This document shows, in pieces, positions 24,423 through 41,600 of a stretch of DNA of 64,000 nt. The stretch's first letter is position 1, and each line of letters starts with the position of its first letter. Both the position numbers and the translations under genes were made by a program. The stretch is from Macrostomum hystrix (lineage: Eukaryota > Animalia > Platyhelminthes). The stretch spans positions 186,001 through 250,000 of the forward strand of contig CATNEN010000005.1 in assembly GCA_950097015.1 (NCBI GenBank), written 5' to 3'. The notes under the pieces were generated by a model. That model ran no database searches. It worked only from the letters and a program-made list of their open reading frames with translations, and was not told where the DNA came from.

Positions 24423-27400
24423 TCAATTAAGTTTCTTCAGTTTAGAGAATTTAAAATTCAAATCGGTCAAGGATTTCAAGGCCAACTGGCTGTCACGTGC
24501 CACTGGGTCGACTCCGATTGGTCGAATTTCGTACAGCAGAAATTCCAGTAGGTGCATGTCGTACGGCTCGATGTAGTGAATTGAGACTGAGGAATGACTG
24601 GCACAGCCGCTCATGCACTGCATAATGAGTAAGGACTGACTGGCTGACTGACTGACTGACTGGCTGACTGACTGACTGACTGACTGGCTGACTGGCTGAC
24701 TGACTGACTGACTGACTGACTGACTGACTGACTGACTGGCTGACTGACTGACTGACTGACTGACTGACTGACTGACTGACTGACTGACTGACTGACTGAC
24801 TGACTCACTGACTGACTGACTGACTGACTGACTGACTGACTGACTGACTGACTGACTGACTGACTGACTGACTGACTGACTGACTGACTGACTGACTGGC
24901 TGACTGACTGACTGACTGACTGACTGACCTGACTGACTGACTGACTGACTGACTGACTGACTGACTGACTGACTGACTGACTGACTGACTGGCTGACTGA
25001 CTGGCTGACTGGCTGGCTGACTGACTGACTGACTGACTGACTGACTGACCTGACTGACTGACTGACTGACTGACTGACTGACTGACTGACTGACTGACTG
25101 ACTGATTTGCTGACTGACTGACTGACTGACTGACTGACTGACTCACTGACTGACTGGCTGACTGACTGGCTGACTGGCTGGCTGACTGACTGACTGACTG
25201 ACTGACTGACTGACTGACTGACTGACTCACTGACTGACTGACTGACTGACTGACTGACTGACTGACTCACTGACTCACTGACTGACTGACTGACTGACTG
25301 ACTGACTGACTGACTGGCGGACTGGCTGACTGACTGACTGACTGACTGACTGACTGACTGACTGACTGACTGGCTGACTGGCTGACTGACTGACTGACTG
25401 ACTGGCTGACTGACTGAGTGACTGACTGACTTCCAACCTCAAAGGCACAGTGAGTGTGTACACTGCCTGGCGATGAGAAAGTCAGGGCAGATGTACACCT
25501 TGTGTGTGAGCGTATGCCTGCGTACAGTATCTGTGTGCGCGTGTGCTCAGGAGTCAGCGAAATGAGCAGAATTGCCTCCTCGCTGGCTGCGGGTCTAGTG
25601 TCACCAAATGATGTGCCACTGCCCGCAGCCCTCCTGCAATTATTATTAATAATATTATTATTATTAATATCCCAATGACTCACGCTGTTGAATTTGAAAT
25701 AGTTGTACTCAAAGAGCCACTTGGGATTGCGCATGAAGCCGAATATAAACTCCGGGCTGACTGGGTGGAATCTCTCAAGACCGAGAGAATCTCGACTGTC
25801 CACAATGCTAACGCCGAGTTTCTGGAGGCACATGCCTGATAATTTGTTTGAGATGGGACATGTGGAGAGTAGATATCTCATTGATAGCTAGAGTAGATAT
25901 CTCATTGATAGCTAGAGTAGATATCTGATTGATAGCTAGAGTAGATATCTGATTGATAGCTAGAGTAGATATCTGATTGATAGATAAAGTAGATATCAGA
26001 TTGATAGATAAAGTAGATATCAGATTGATAGATAGAGTAGATGTCAGATTGATAGATAAAGTAGATATCAGATTGATAGATAGAGTAGATGTCAGATTGA
26101 TAGCTAGAGTAGATATCTGATTGATAGATAGAGTAGATATCTGATTGATAGATAGAGTAGATGTCAGATTGATAGCTAGAGTAGATATCTGATTGATAGA
26201 TAAAGTAGATGTCAGATTGATAGCTAGAGTAGATATCTGATTGATAGATAGAGTAGATATCTGATTGATAGATAGAGTAGATATAATTGTAATAAGTGGC
26301 CTAGAAAGTAGATTGGTTAAATGTAATTCCCGCTCACCCATTTTATAATCCTCTGGCTGGTGTGATTTCAAATTGCATGTATCCTTTTTTGTCAGTGCTC
26401 CGCGCACAAAGTCTTTGGCGGCACGCCGTGACAGTACATATCCCGCCCCACCGGATGTGTAAATCTCTGGCCACGAGCGGTCGGGTTGAAAGATTCTGCC
26501 GAGAAGTACTTTTTCGTTGGGATTAATGCCGAGCAGTAGGTAGCGCAGGTTCTCCATAATCACGTAGGTGTCGTCGTCAGATTTTAGTATGAAATCAAAA
26601 TTATCGAAATTGAAATGCTTGCCAGCGTATTCGAAAGACATCCAAGTCTTTTTCCAAAGGTTGCTTCGGCCCTCCTTCATATTTAGGACTAAAATTTTTG
26701 GTTGAAATTAATCAATTACTATTAATCTCTCACTGAATTTGTTCTAAAAAATGCTCCCTCTAAAAAGTTCACTCCTAATGTCACTCTAATTAGTTCACTC
26801 CCAATGTCACTTTAGACAGTTCACTCCTAATTTCACTCTAATTAGTTCACTCCCAATGTCACTCTAGACAGTTCACTCCTAATTTCACTCTAATTAGTTC
26901 ACTTCCAATGTCACTCGAAACAGTTCACTCCTAATGTCACTCTAATTAGTTCACTCCCAATGCCACGTACTCTAAAAAGTTCACTCCTAATGTCACTCTA
27001 ATTAGTTCACTTCCAATGTCACTTCAAATAGTTCACTCCTAATGTCACTCTAATTAGTTCACTCCCAATGTCCCTCTAGACAGTTCACTCCTAATGTCAC
27101 TCTAAACAGTTCACTCCCAATTTCACTCTAATTAGTTCACTTCAACTGTCACTCTAAACAGTTCACTCCCAATTTCACTCTAATTAGTTCACCCCCAATG
27201 TCACTCTAGACAGTTCACTCCTAATTTCACTCTAATTAGTTCACCCCCAATGTCACTCTAGACAGTTCACTCCTAATTTCACTCTAATTAGTTCACTCCC
27301 AATGTCACTCTAAACAGTTCACTCCTATTGTCAGTCTAATTAGTTCATTCCCAATGTCACTTTAAACAGTTCATTTCCAACTTCACTCTTAAAAGTTCAC

Positions 27401-28100
27401 TCTCAATGTCAATATAAACAGTTCACTTCAAATGTCACTCTAAACAGTTCACTCCCAATTTCACTCTAATTAGTTCACTTCAACTGTCACTCTAAACAGT
27501 TCACTCCCAATTTCACACTAAACATTTCACTTCAAATGTCACTCTAATTAGTTCACTCCCAATGTCACTCTAAACGTTTCACTTCAAATTTAACTCTAAA
27601 AAGTTTACTCCAAACGTCCGTCTAGACAGTTCACTTCCAACGTCACTATGAGAAGCTCACTCCCAGTGTCACTCCCAATTTTTCACTCCTAATTTCACTC
27701 TAAACCGCTCTCGCAATGTCGCTGCAAATATGCTAAATAGGAAAATGAAAACCGCACTAAATTACTTACCAACCAGCGGCAGTTGCAATTTAGTTTTCTT
27801 GCTGCCAAAGAAGGCGTAACGGTTGCATCTTCTAGCCCAGGTATTGTTGACTGCGACTGCCCTACTGCCATAGTTGTTAGGCCGAGTGATGATCAGACAA
27901 AGGACTCGGACCCTATCATAGAGTTGTTTAGCTAGGTCTGTCTGGTTAGCGCTAACAGTTAAATTGGCATCAGTTATACCGAACTTAGCCAATCGCAGAT
28001 GTCCAAAATCAATAGAGTGCAGTGCCATATGAAACAGTTGATTAGATAATAAGCCAATTATCAATCCAATGATGAAGCTCATCAGTCTCCGACTAGACAT
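24423..28100 (-). CDS. C1GALT1: Core-1 beta-1,3-galactosyltransferase-like (GT31), paralog B, ~342 aa
   Basis: Exons 28100-27770, 26688-26338, 25835-25684, 24617-24423; total 1029 nt, in frame. Motifs [53 protein letters not shown]...EFLLYEIRPIG. Confidence 0.88.
24634..25431. repeat. (GACT)n microsatellite
   Basis: About 200 units with GGCT variants. Confidence 0.97.
25432..25668 (+). mobile_element. SINE family 1, 5'-truncated copy with (TTA)n tail
   Basis: AACCTCAAAGGCACAGTG...GGAGTCAGCGAAATGAGCAGAATTGCCTCCTCGC...TTATTATTA; collinear with the 57933 copy. Confidence 0.8.
25866..26283. repeat. 24-bp minisatellite AGAGTAGATATCTGATTGATAG(CT/AT)
   Basis: Tandem units in intron 2 of paralog B. 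Confidence 0.93.
26755..27705. repeat. ~23-bp minisatellite AGTTCACTCC(C/T)AATGTCACTCTAA(AC/TT)
   Basis: Degenerate tandem units in intron 1 of paralog B. Confidence 0.9.
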
Positions 28101-28504
28101 TCTTAAAAAATTCTTAACAACTTTTCTGTTTGCCTGTCGTTTCTCTGAGCAAAGCTTGTGAATAGAATTTTACAGTGAAGCAATTTTTAGACCTCCATTG
28201 GTTGTTGAAAATTCTTAATCCGCAGATTAAAAACTTCCGATCAATATGTCGACCACACTTGGCGAACAAAATTTGACTGAGATTGTCAACAAAAATGTGT
28301 CCATATGTTTAAGCTGTTCTTAGACTGCAAGATGACACCAGAAAGGTTTTTAACTTAATCCTAGTTTACTTTCATATACTGAATAAGACACGTATTAATC
28401 AACAGTTCCTTTAAGACAATTGCGCTATCTAGAGTTTTAAATAGTTGCGACATGTCCTTGCAATTGCAGTTCCAATCGGTATCTCGTAAAGTGTGGAGAG
28501 AGAT

Positions 28505-29000
28505 AAGCAGCCAATCGATAAAGAGAGGGGGGTTGGGTTGCATCCAATCGTGGGGAAGAGGGTGGGTTGCATCCAATCGATAAAGAGAGGGGGGAAGAGG
28601 GTGGGTTGCATCCAATTGATAAAGATGGTAGAGGGGTTGGGTAGTAGAAGTCTATCGATAAAGAGGGGGAAGGGGGTGGGTTGCATCCAATTGATAAAGT
28701 GTGGGTAAAGGGGTTGGGTAGTAAAAGTCATTGATAAAGAGGGGGGTTGAGTTGCATCCAATCGATAAAGAGGGGGAAGAGGTTGAGTTGCATCCAATCG
28801 ATAAAGAGGGGGAAGAAGGTGGGTTGCATCCAATCGATAAAGAGGGGGAAGGGGGTGGGCTGCATCCAATCGATAAAGAGGGGGAAGGGGTTGAGTTGCA
28901 TCCAATTGATAAAGTGGGTAGAGGTGTTGGCTAGTAGAAGTCCATCGATAAGTAGGGAAGGTGTATGTTTGATCAGCTAATTGATAAATTGGGGGAGAGG
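28505..29000. repeat. G-rich ~33-bp minisatellite TTGCATCCAATCGATAAAGAGGGGGAAGGGG(G)TGGG
   Basis: Tandem units between the divergent paralogs B and C. Confidence 0.9.
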
Positions 29001-29682
29001 TGGCTTACAGCTAATCGATAAACAGGGGAGGGGGCAGTAGCAGCTAATCGCTAAAGGTGGAAGGGGTAGCAGGTATAACAAACGTATGTACTCGCTCCAC
29101 TCGAAAATAAAAGTTCTTGCCTATATCTAGGTTTCAGATTACAAATACATAGAGCTGCTACCCCACTCATGCACGAAGCAGGTGCAACTCTCGACAGTTT
29201 TTTTTATTCCGACTTTTTTATTCCAAGTTTGACGAAACGAAATGTGGGAAGAGGAAAGTGTGAATTGTGAGCCGACAACTTTTTCCTGACCTGTCCAAAG
29301 CCGGACCTGTACACTCTCCAACTGACTATAAAAAAATTTTCAAGCCTCATAAACTGCACTCTAGACCGACACTGGAGACTGAATGAGCGCTGCAATGTGC
29401 TAAGGGATCAATTTCTTGAGCAGTAAATTTTCTTTAAAAGCAAATTCATTTGCGTTTATTTTGTTAAAATAAAAAAATTTCTGTTGTAGTTTTGATTTCA
29501 GTGCTTTGAGAGCGTCTTCTACCAGGGTGAGTGAATTCAAGTTGAGACATCGTTATTTTAATACTTCCGTTGTAATGCTAAAAGCAAACTAAACATTTAA
29601 ATCTTAAGGGGTCGACAAAAATATGCCCAAAATATACCCTGAAATTTCCTGAAAACTTCCTGAAGTAAATTAAACCAAATAC

Positions 29683-30000
29683 TTCAGATCCTTCACGTCC
29701 AGCGTATCCTTCACAATCTAATCCTTCAGGACCTCCAGATCCTTCAGGTACTTTAGATCCTTCAGGTACTTTAGATCCTTCAGGTACTTTAGATCCTTCA
29801 GGTACTTTAGATCCTTCAGGTACTTTAGATCCTTCAGGTACTTTAGATCCTTCACTTCCTTCAGGTCCTTCAGGTCCTTCAGGTCCTTCAGATCCTTGAG
29901 GTACTTTAGATCCTCTTCAGATCCTTTAGATCCTTCAGGTCCTTCAGATCCTTTAGGTCCTTCAGGTCCTTCAGATCCTTCAGGTCCTTCAGATACTTTA
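29683..30000. repeat. 18-bp minisatellite AGATCCTTCAGGTACTTT
   Basis: Same family as the 23.4-24.1 kb array. Confidence 0.92.
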
Positions 30001-30094
30001 GGTTCGAGGTGCACCAGAACCTTTTACATATTATGCCTTACCAAAACAATTTATTCGTATAAAAAATTGCAGCTCTGAGAAATCAGCCTTCAAA

Positions 30095-33524
<3,430 letters not shown>

Positions 33525-33914
33525 TTAATAATTGTTGCGCAAGAAAAATTGAATACGTTACAAATTTGTTTAAGTGTTTGGCATTTTTTATAAACAAAAT
33601 AAAAACCTATGACTTTCGAAGATTTGCAACAAATTATCATTAAATTTTTTTGGTCACAATTTGCAATCGTTTTAATAGTAAAAATTTACTGATCCAATGG
33701 CAAATTTCATGTTATCATGAACATGTTACTACATTCAATAAAACCGATTTTTCCTTATTTGATTATATTATGCAATATATTCACCATAAAACTGATGTAT
33801 TACCTTAATATTTTAAATACAAAAATTACCTAAAGTAAGCAATATATTTATAGCCTTGGGTTACATTGTTATAACTGAACTGAAATACTTTTAAGTTGGT
33901 TTTTTTCTGAATCT

Positions 33915-34320
33915 TTCACCCTTCATCTCACACCCTTCATCTCACACCCTTCATCTCACACCCTTCATCTCACACCCTTTATCTCACACCCTTTATCTCA
34001 CACCCTTTATCTCACACTCTTTATCTTACACTATTTATCTCACACCCTTTATCTCACACCCTTTATCTCACACCCTTCATCTCACACTCTTTATCTCACA
34101 CCCTTTATCTCACACCCTTTATCTCACGCCCTTTATCTCACACTCTTTATCCCAAACCCTTTATCTCACACCCTTTATCTCACACTCTTTATCTCACACT
34201 CTTTATCTCACACCCTTCACCTCATATCCTTTATCTCATATCCTTTATCTCATACCCTTTATCTCACATCACACACCCTTCATCTCACATCTCACACCCT
34301 TCATCTTATACCCTTATCTG
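33915..34320. repeat. 14-bp minisatellite CACCCTTTATCTCA
   Basis: Tandem units. Confidence 0.92.
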
Positions 34321-35011
34321 AGTCCCTTCAAAATTCTTGAAATAAAAAAGTATTTTCTTGAATTCTTGAAGTATCACAACCCTATATTTCCCATATTTTA
34401 TTTTTCACGCTTCATCTTCTACCCTACATCTCACGCCCTTTATCCCCTTAAGTGGCAGACTATCGACAGTAAATTTCCTACTAGAATTTCACTTCCCTAA
34501 ACTTCCCAGCAAAATCAATGACCAGCAGAAAAGATTCCTTAGCTTTTCTCTTAATTTCTTTCATACTCCGACAACTTAGTATTATTCCCGTGGGAAATTT
34601 CGAAAATGAAAAATTTCAATTTTAATTAATCCACAGCATAGGCAGTTCATAGACATTTATAACTGGTGGCGGCTGTCGTTGGTTATGCTTGATAAGATTT
34701 TAATTAATTAAAAAAGGTTTCTAAAAGCGTTCTTATACTACTTATTTGGGCCTCTGGTTAGGAAATTTTGTAAGCATTTTCTTCAATTGTATGCTCATTC
34801 TATTAAAGAAGCTTAAAATTTCTTAGTACTTAAATTCCACTTAAAGTTGAATTGAGGTCAAACAGCCCATAAAAATTCACCATCCAACGAGTTATGAGAT
34901 TATTTGAAAATTTTTCTTTAATTGCTCTGTTGAGTTTCTGGTGCATTTTAGCCGAAGAAAACATAAAGTTGCTTTCAATGTGTCGAGGGCACCCCTCTAG
35001 CCTTCCTCCTA

Positions 35012-35161
<150 letters not shown>

Positions 35162-35668
35162 AAAGGCAGACATCTATATTATTCTTCATGAGACCTAAAA
35201 GCAGAGGAATGTCGAGTGTTTTAAATTCCCAGAAGCAGTTGACCAGAACAGCAGAACAGGTGCTGCAACATTCTCACACTTTGTCTCTTCTATTATCTTT
35301 AGTCTATTCCAGTTGAAAAAGGGTCAGAACTGCATTACCAGATATGTGAGACCCCAAAAGCAAAATGCAACACCGAAAAAACATCTTTGAGACCAGTAGA
35401 GAGAGCACTGCAGTATTGCTATAGTCTAAAGACTGTACATAAAAAATGTATAACACTTGCCGAGCTAATACTCGTTGAGCTTAGCATAGACAGACGGGTA
35501 AAGGCGAAATGGCAATACAATAATGCCAGTCTTAACTTGCCCAACACCCAAATTTGGCTAACTTTTTTAGACTACGAAGAAGAAGGAAAAAGAAGAGAAA
35601 AGTATAAATTCATATGCAAATTTTTTTCTTCTCATTTTTAAGAGAATCGTGAAAAAGCGTCCACCATT

Positions 35669-38600
35669 ATGTCATCAGTCAGCAGCTGCGAAGATGACGT
35701 CACACCGACTGGTTCGCGAAAGCAGAGCGCAACAGACGATTTAACATTCTCTTTGGATAATTTGTCCATTCTAGTTGAGGATATAAAAGATGGATTTGCG
35801 TTGGCTATGCAACAGCTGGCCAATATTCAAGGTCAGGATGATGACTTACGAAGTTTGTTAGCCAGCACAGAGTCCAATACTAAGCTGAGGATTGAGACTT
35901 TGCAAACTGCAGTGGATCAGATGAAGGTAAATATGCTGCAACATTGATAAGTCGTACTTTTAACCTGTCTGACTAGCTGTTCTAACTGTTAGACTAGGTG
36001 TTCTTACTGTTAGACTAGCTGTTCTAACTGTTAGACTAGCTGTTCTAACTGTTTGACTAGCTGTTCTAACTGTTTGACTAGCTGTTCTAACTGTTAGTCT
36101 TGGTGTTCTAACTGTTTGACTAGGTGTTCTAACTGATTGACTAGGTGTTCTAACTGATTGACTAGGTGTTCTAACTGATTGACTAGGTGTTCTAACTGAT
36201 TGACTAGGTGTTCTAACTGTTAGACTAGCTGTTCTAACTGTTTGACTAGGTGTTCTAACTGTTAGACTAGCTGTTCTAACTGTTTGACTAGGTGTTCTAA
36301 CTGTTTGACTAGGTGTTCTAACTGTTTGACTAGGTGTTCTAACTGATTGACTAGGTGTTCTAACTGTTAGACTAGCTGTTCTAACTGTTTGACTAGGTGT
36401 TCCAACTGTTTGACTAGGTGTTCTAACTGTTTGACTAGGTGTTCTAACTGATTGACTAAGTGTTCTAACTGTTTGACTAGGTGTTCTAACTGTTGGACAA
36501 GGTGTTCTGACTAACTGTTAGACGAAGTGTTCTGACTGTGAGACTAGGTGTTCGAACTGTTAGACTAGATTTTCTAACTAACTGTTAGACTAGGTGGTTT
36601 TACTGTTAGTCACATAAAAATCTACCTGTTAGAAAGTGAAATCTACATCTTAGACAGTAAAATCTACCTGTTAGACAGTGAAATCTACACCTTAGACAGT
36701 AAGATCTACCTGTTAGACAGTGAAATCTACCTGTTAGACAGTGAAATCAACCCCCCTCAGATAGTGTAGCTGGAATCAAATCTCACCACATATTCATTTG
36801 AATTGGGCCAAATTTGTTAAACTGTTGTCCACAACTGTACAAGCCAATGAAAATCATTTGTCTAGAGGTCTCTGGCGCACAACTGATCCTCAACCACAAA
36901 CTTTCTTCCCTCTCCACGAGTGCAAGGTTGGCAGTCCCATGAAAAGTGTTCGATCTCTGAAGTAATAAAACTAAGTCACAATCTCTAAACAAAACACATT
37001 AGAACATAATATTACATCCTCGCTGTTTGACTGAGAGCACTTTGCCAAGCATGTCTGATTGGTCGAAAATTGTTGCTCAATATCTGCTCTGGTGTCTGAG
37101 CAGATTGTTAATAACCACACACCTGATTCTGAAATTATTGCAGGATCAATTTTCGGGTCTGGCTGCTCGAGTGGAGTCTCTTGAATTGCATCATAGTCGA
37201 CTGGAAGGTCACGTGGACCGTCTGGACAGAGTGCAGACTGAGCAGCAGGACAGGTTAGATAATTGTCAGCGACATCCGGTATGCGAGATGGAGAGGTGAG
37301 AGAATATCATAATTTAGGTCATATTGTCAGCTTTGGCTCATATTGTCAGCTTGTGGTCATAGTGACAGCTTTGGGTCATAGTGTCAGCTTCGGGTCATAG
37401 TGACAGTTTTGGCTCACAGTGTCAGCTTTGGGTCATAGTGACAGTTTTGGGTCATAGTGTCAGCTTCGGGTCATAGTGTCAGCTTTGGGTCACAGTGTCA
37501 GCTTTGGGTCATAGTGACAGTTTTGGGTCATAGTGTCAGCTTCGGGTCATAGTGTCAGCTTTGGGTCACAGTGTCAGCTTTGGGTCACAGTGTCAGCTTT
37601 GGGTCATAGTGACAGTTTTGGGTCATAGTGTCAGCTTCGGGTCATAGTGTCAGCTTTGGGTCATAGTAATTATTTGTTTAAACCCTATCATTTCAGTGCC
37701 GCCTGTCAGACACCAATCATGCGAGCACCTTACAGCTGTCCGACGCCGCTCAGTCCAGATAGCGGTCGATCAGACACCTGCACTCCGTCGTGTTACCATG
37801 GCAACGAGTTTTTGGCCAGTAGCAACGACTGTAGCGGCCCAGGTAATGGCTTGTTCGGGTTTGATGGTTTAAATTTAAACTCTATTAACATTAAAATAGT
37901 TAAAATGGAGGATTAAGAGAAGCCATTCTGTACTTATATTACTCCTAATTTTACTAGCTAGACAAATTTCTGAACGAAAATGTCTAACACTGCAATCTTT
38001 ATTCCATAGCAACCTCATAGCATCTAATGCTATAGCATTTTATTCCTTGATTTGGCATACACCCAACGGGAACAGATTTTATGCTGTCGTTAGATAAAGA
38101 AAATAAACTGCTGCTGCTGCTGCTGCTGATGCTGGGTCTCTAAGGGCTTGTCTAGCTAGCTATAGATCCAAATGTGTCATGTACTTGAATCAGCGTGACA
38201 TTTTCAGTTCAAGGATTTTTTCCCAATCGAGAAAGATCTACTAGAATCAGGAAAATTTTGTGGAAAACATTTTATGCTCATCTGATGATTAATGAAGGGA
38301 TTATTCAGGAAAAACTTACCCAATCTGTGGGAATAGACTTTAACTTGAAGGAAAATACATATCGGTAATTAGTTTGAGAATATATTTAACCCTTTTTTTC
38401 ATTATTTTCCCATATCTTGGGGAACATAGTTTTCCCATATCTTGGGGAACATAGTTTTCCCATATCTCGGGGAATATAATTTTCCCATATCTCGGGGAAC
38501 ATAGTTTTCCCATATCTTGGGGAACATAGTTTTCCCATATCTTGGGGAACATAGTTTTCCCATATCTTGGGGAACATAGTTTTCCCATATCTTGGGGAAC

Positions 38601-41600
38601 ATAGTTTTCCCATATCTTGGGGAACATAGTTTTCCCATATCTTGGGGAACATAGTTTTCCCATATCTTGGGGAACATAGTTTTCCCATATCTCGGGGAAT
38701 ATAATTTTCCCATATCTTGGGGAACATAATTTTCCCATATCTTGGGGAACATAGTTTTCCCATATCTTGGGGAATATAGTTTTCCCATATCTCGGGGAAT
38801 ATAATTTTCCCATATCTTGGGGAACATAGTTTTCCCATATCTCGGGGAATATAATTTTCCCATATCTTGGGGAACATAGTTTTCCCATATCTCGGGGAAT
38901 ATAATTTTCCCATATCTCGGGGAACATAGTTTTCCCATATCTTGGGGAACATAGTTTTCCCATATCTCGGGGAATATAATTTTCCCATATCTCGGGGAAC
39001 ATAGTTTTCCCATATCTTGGGGAACATAGTTTTCCCATATCTTGGGGAACATAGTTTTCCCATATCTTGGGGAATATAATTTTCCCATATCTTGGGGAAT
39101 ATAATTTTCCCATATCTTGAGGAACATAGTTTTCCCATATCTCGGGGAACATAGTTTTCCCATATCTTGGGGAATATAATTTTCCCATATCTTGGGGAAC
39201 ATAGTTTTCCCATATCTTGGGGAATATAATTTTCCCATATCTTGGGGATTATAATTTTCCCATATCTTGGGGAACATAGTTTTCCCATATCTTGGGGAAC
39301 ATAGTTTTCCCATATCTTAGGGAACATAGTTTTCCCATATCTCGGGGAACATAGTTTTCCCATATCTCGGGGAATATAATTTTCCCATATCTCGGGGAAC
39401 ATAGTTTTCCCATATCTTGGGGAACATAGTTTTCCCATATCTTGGGGAATATAATTTTCCCATATCTTGGGGAACATAGTTTTCCCATATCTTGGGGAAT
39501 ATAATTTTCCCATATCTTGGGGAACATAGTTTTCCCATATCTTGGGGAACATAGTTTTCCCATATCTTGGGGAACATAGTTTTCCCATATCTTGGGGAAC
39601 ATAGTTTTCCCATATCTTGGGGAATATAATTTTCCCATATCTTGGGGAACATAGTTTTCCCATATCTTGGGGAACATAGTTTTCCCATATCTCGGGGAAT
39701 ATAATTTTCCCATATCTTGGGGAACATAATTTTCCCATATCTTGGGGAACATAGTTTTCCCATATCTCGGGGAATATAATTTTCCCATATCTTGGGGAAC
39801 ATAGTTTTCCCATATCTCGGGGAATATAATTTTCCCATATCTTGGGGAACATAGTTTTCCCATATCTCGGGGAATATAATTTTCCCATATCTCGGGGAAC
39901 ATAGTTTTCCCATATCTTGGGGAACATAGTTTTCCCATATCTTGGGGAATATAATTTTCCCATATCTTGGGGAACATAGTTTTCCCATATCTTGGGGAAT
40001 ATAGTTTTCCCATATCTCGGGGAATATAATTTTCCCATATCTTGGGGAACATAGTTTTCCCATATCTCGGGGAATATAATTTTCCCATATCTTGGGGAAC
40101 ATAGTTTTCCCATATCTCGGGGAATATAATTTTCCCATATCTCGGGGAACATAGTTTTCCCATATCTTGGGGAACATAGTTTTCCCATATCTTGGGGAAT
40201 ATAATTTTCCCATATCTTGGGGAACATAGTTTTCCCATATCTTGGGGAATATAATTTTCCAATATCTTGGGGAATATAATTTTCCCATATCTTGGGGAAC
40301 ATAGTTTTCCCATATCTTGGGGAGCATAGTTTTCCCATATCTTGGGGAACATAGTTTTCCCATATCTTGGGGAATATAATTTTCCCATATCTTGGGGAAT
40401 ATAATTTTCCCATATCTTGGGGAACATAGTTTTCTCATATCTTGGGGAACATAGTTTTCCCATATCTTGGGGAGCATAGTTTTCCCATATCTTGGGGAAC
40501 ATAGTTTTCCCATATCTTGGGGAATATAATTTTCCCATATCTTGGGGAATATAATTTTCCCATATCTTGGGGAACATAGTTTTCTCATATCTTGGGGAAC
40601 ATAGTTTTCCCATATCTTGGGGAACATAGTTTTCCCATATCTTGGGGAACATAATTTTCCCATATCTTGGGGAACATCGTTTTCCCATATCTTGGGGAAC
40701 ATAGTTTTCCCATTTCTCGGGGAATATAATTTTCCCATATCTTGGGGAATATAATTTTCCCATATCTCGGGGAATATACTCTGGGGAGATGAAATTATCC
40801 AATCACAGAAAATGTAATTATCCCATGTCTGGGGGATATAATTATACCATATCTGGGGTTACAATTATCCATATCTCATGGAATTTAATTATCCCATCTC
40901 GAGGGGATTTAATTATCCCATATTTGTGAGCCAAGAAATCGTCAAAGTATTTTCCACATATTTGGCTAGTTTCTGTTCGTCTATTTTGCTTAGTGTCACT
41001 CAAATATCAAAAGCGATTCGTATCGCATATTTGAGACTGTTAAGGGTATAGTGATTGTTTTGTGTTCGTCAGCTCGTCATAGATTTTGATTATAGTGACC
41101 AATAGAGGCAGGGAATTCATGGTGTGAAAGAGTATGCAAGCAATTGGAGCTATCGTCGATTTTCTACTCAATCCCATTTCTCTTCTCTTCTTTCTTCTCT
41201 TCGGGTAGAGTGCAGCGATCCGCCAAGTTACACCATCTAACCCCAACCCAGGCCGTGTCCTCACCGTGACCTAGACACAACCCCCAACTCCCCACACTCT
41301 CTCCATCATTATTCAATAGCTCCCTAACCTCTGCTGACCGTTTAGTACAGGAAAATGTTTTTTTTCCTTGAGATTCATTTTTGACATTATCAAGCGAATC
41401 AAATAGAAATCTACTCGACTAAAACTTGTTCGCAGTGTCTGCTCAAAAGGAGACTAAAATTCGCGGAACAAATAATTTGAGCAGTCGGACGCAATTAGTT
41501 GCCGAGCAGAGTTTGAGCATGTCTAGAGCGCTCGCTGAACAGATTGGAGTCGTTGAGAACTGCTCAGTGGATTGCGAATTCGATAATGAGGAGAGGAGAA

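Noticed and set aside
23422-25270. SR-like (RSF)n and (SQSV)n ORFs
   Set aside because: Translations of the 18-bp and (GACT)n repeats.
38400-40790. CRISPR-like palindromic repeat
   Set aside because: Units are directly adjacent with no unique spacers, there are no cas genes and the context is eukaryotic.
38340-40802. Long ORFs (up to 675 aa) of MGKLCSPRYGKTMFPKIWENYVPQD repeats
   Set aside because: They are translations of a 25-bp tandem unit; the three frames are cyclic permutations. They are antisense within a RhoGEF intron and have no unique coding flanks.
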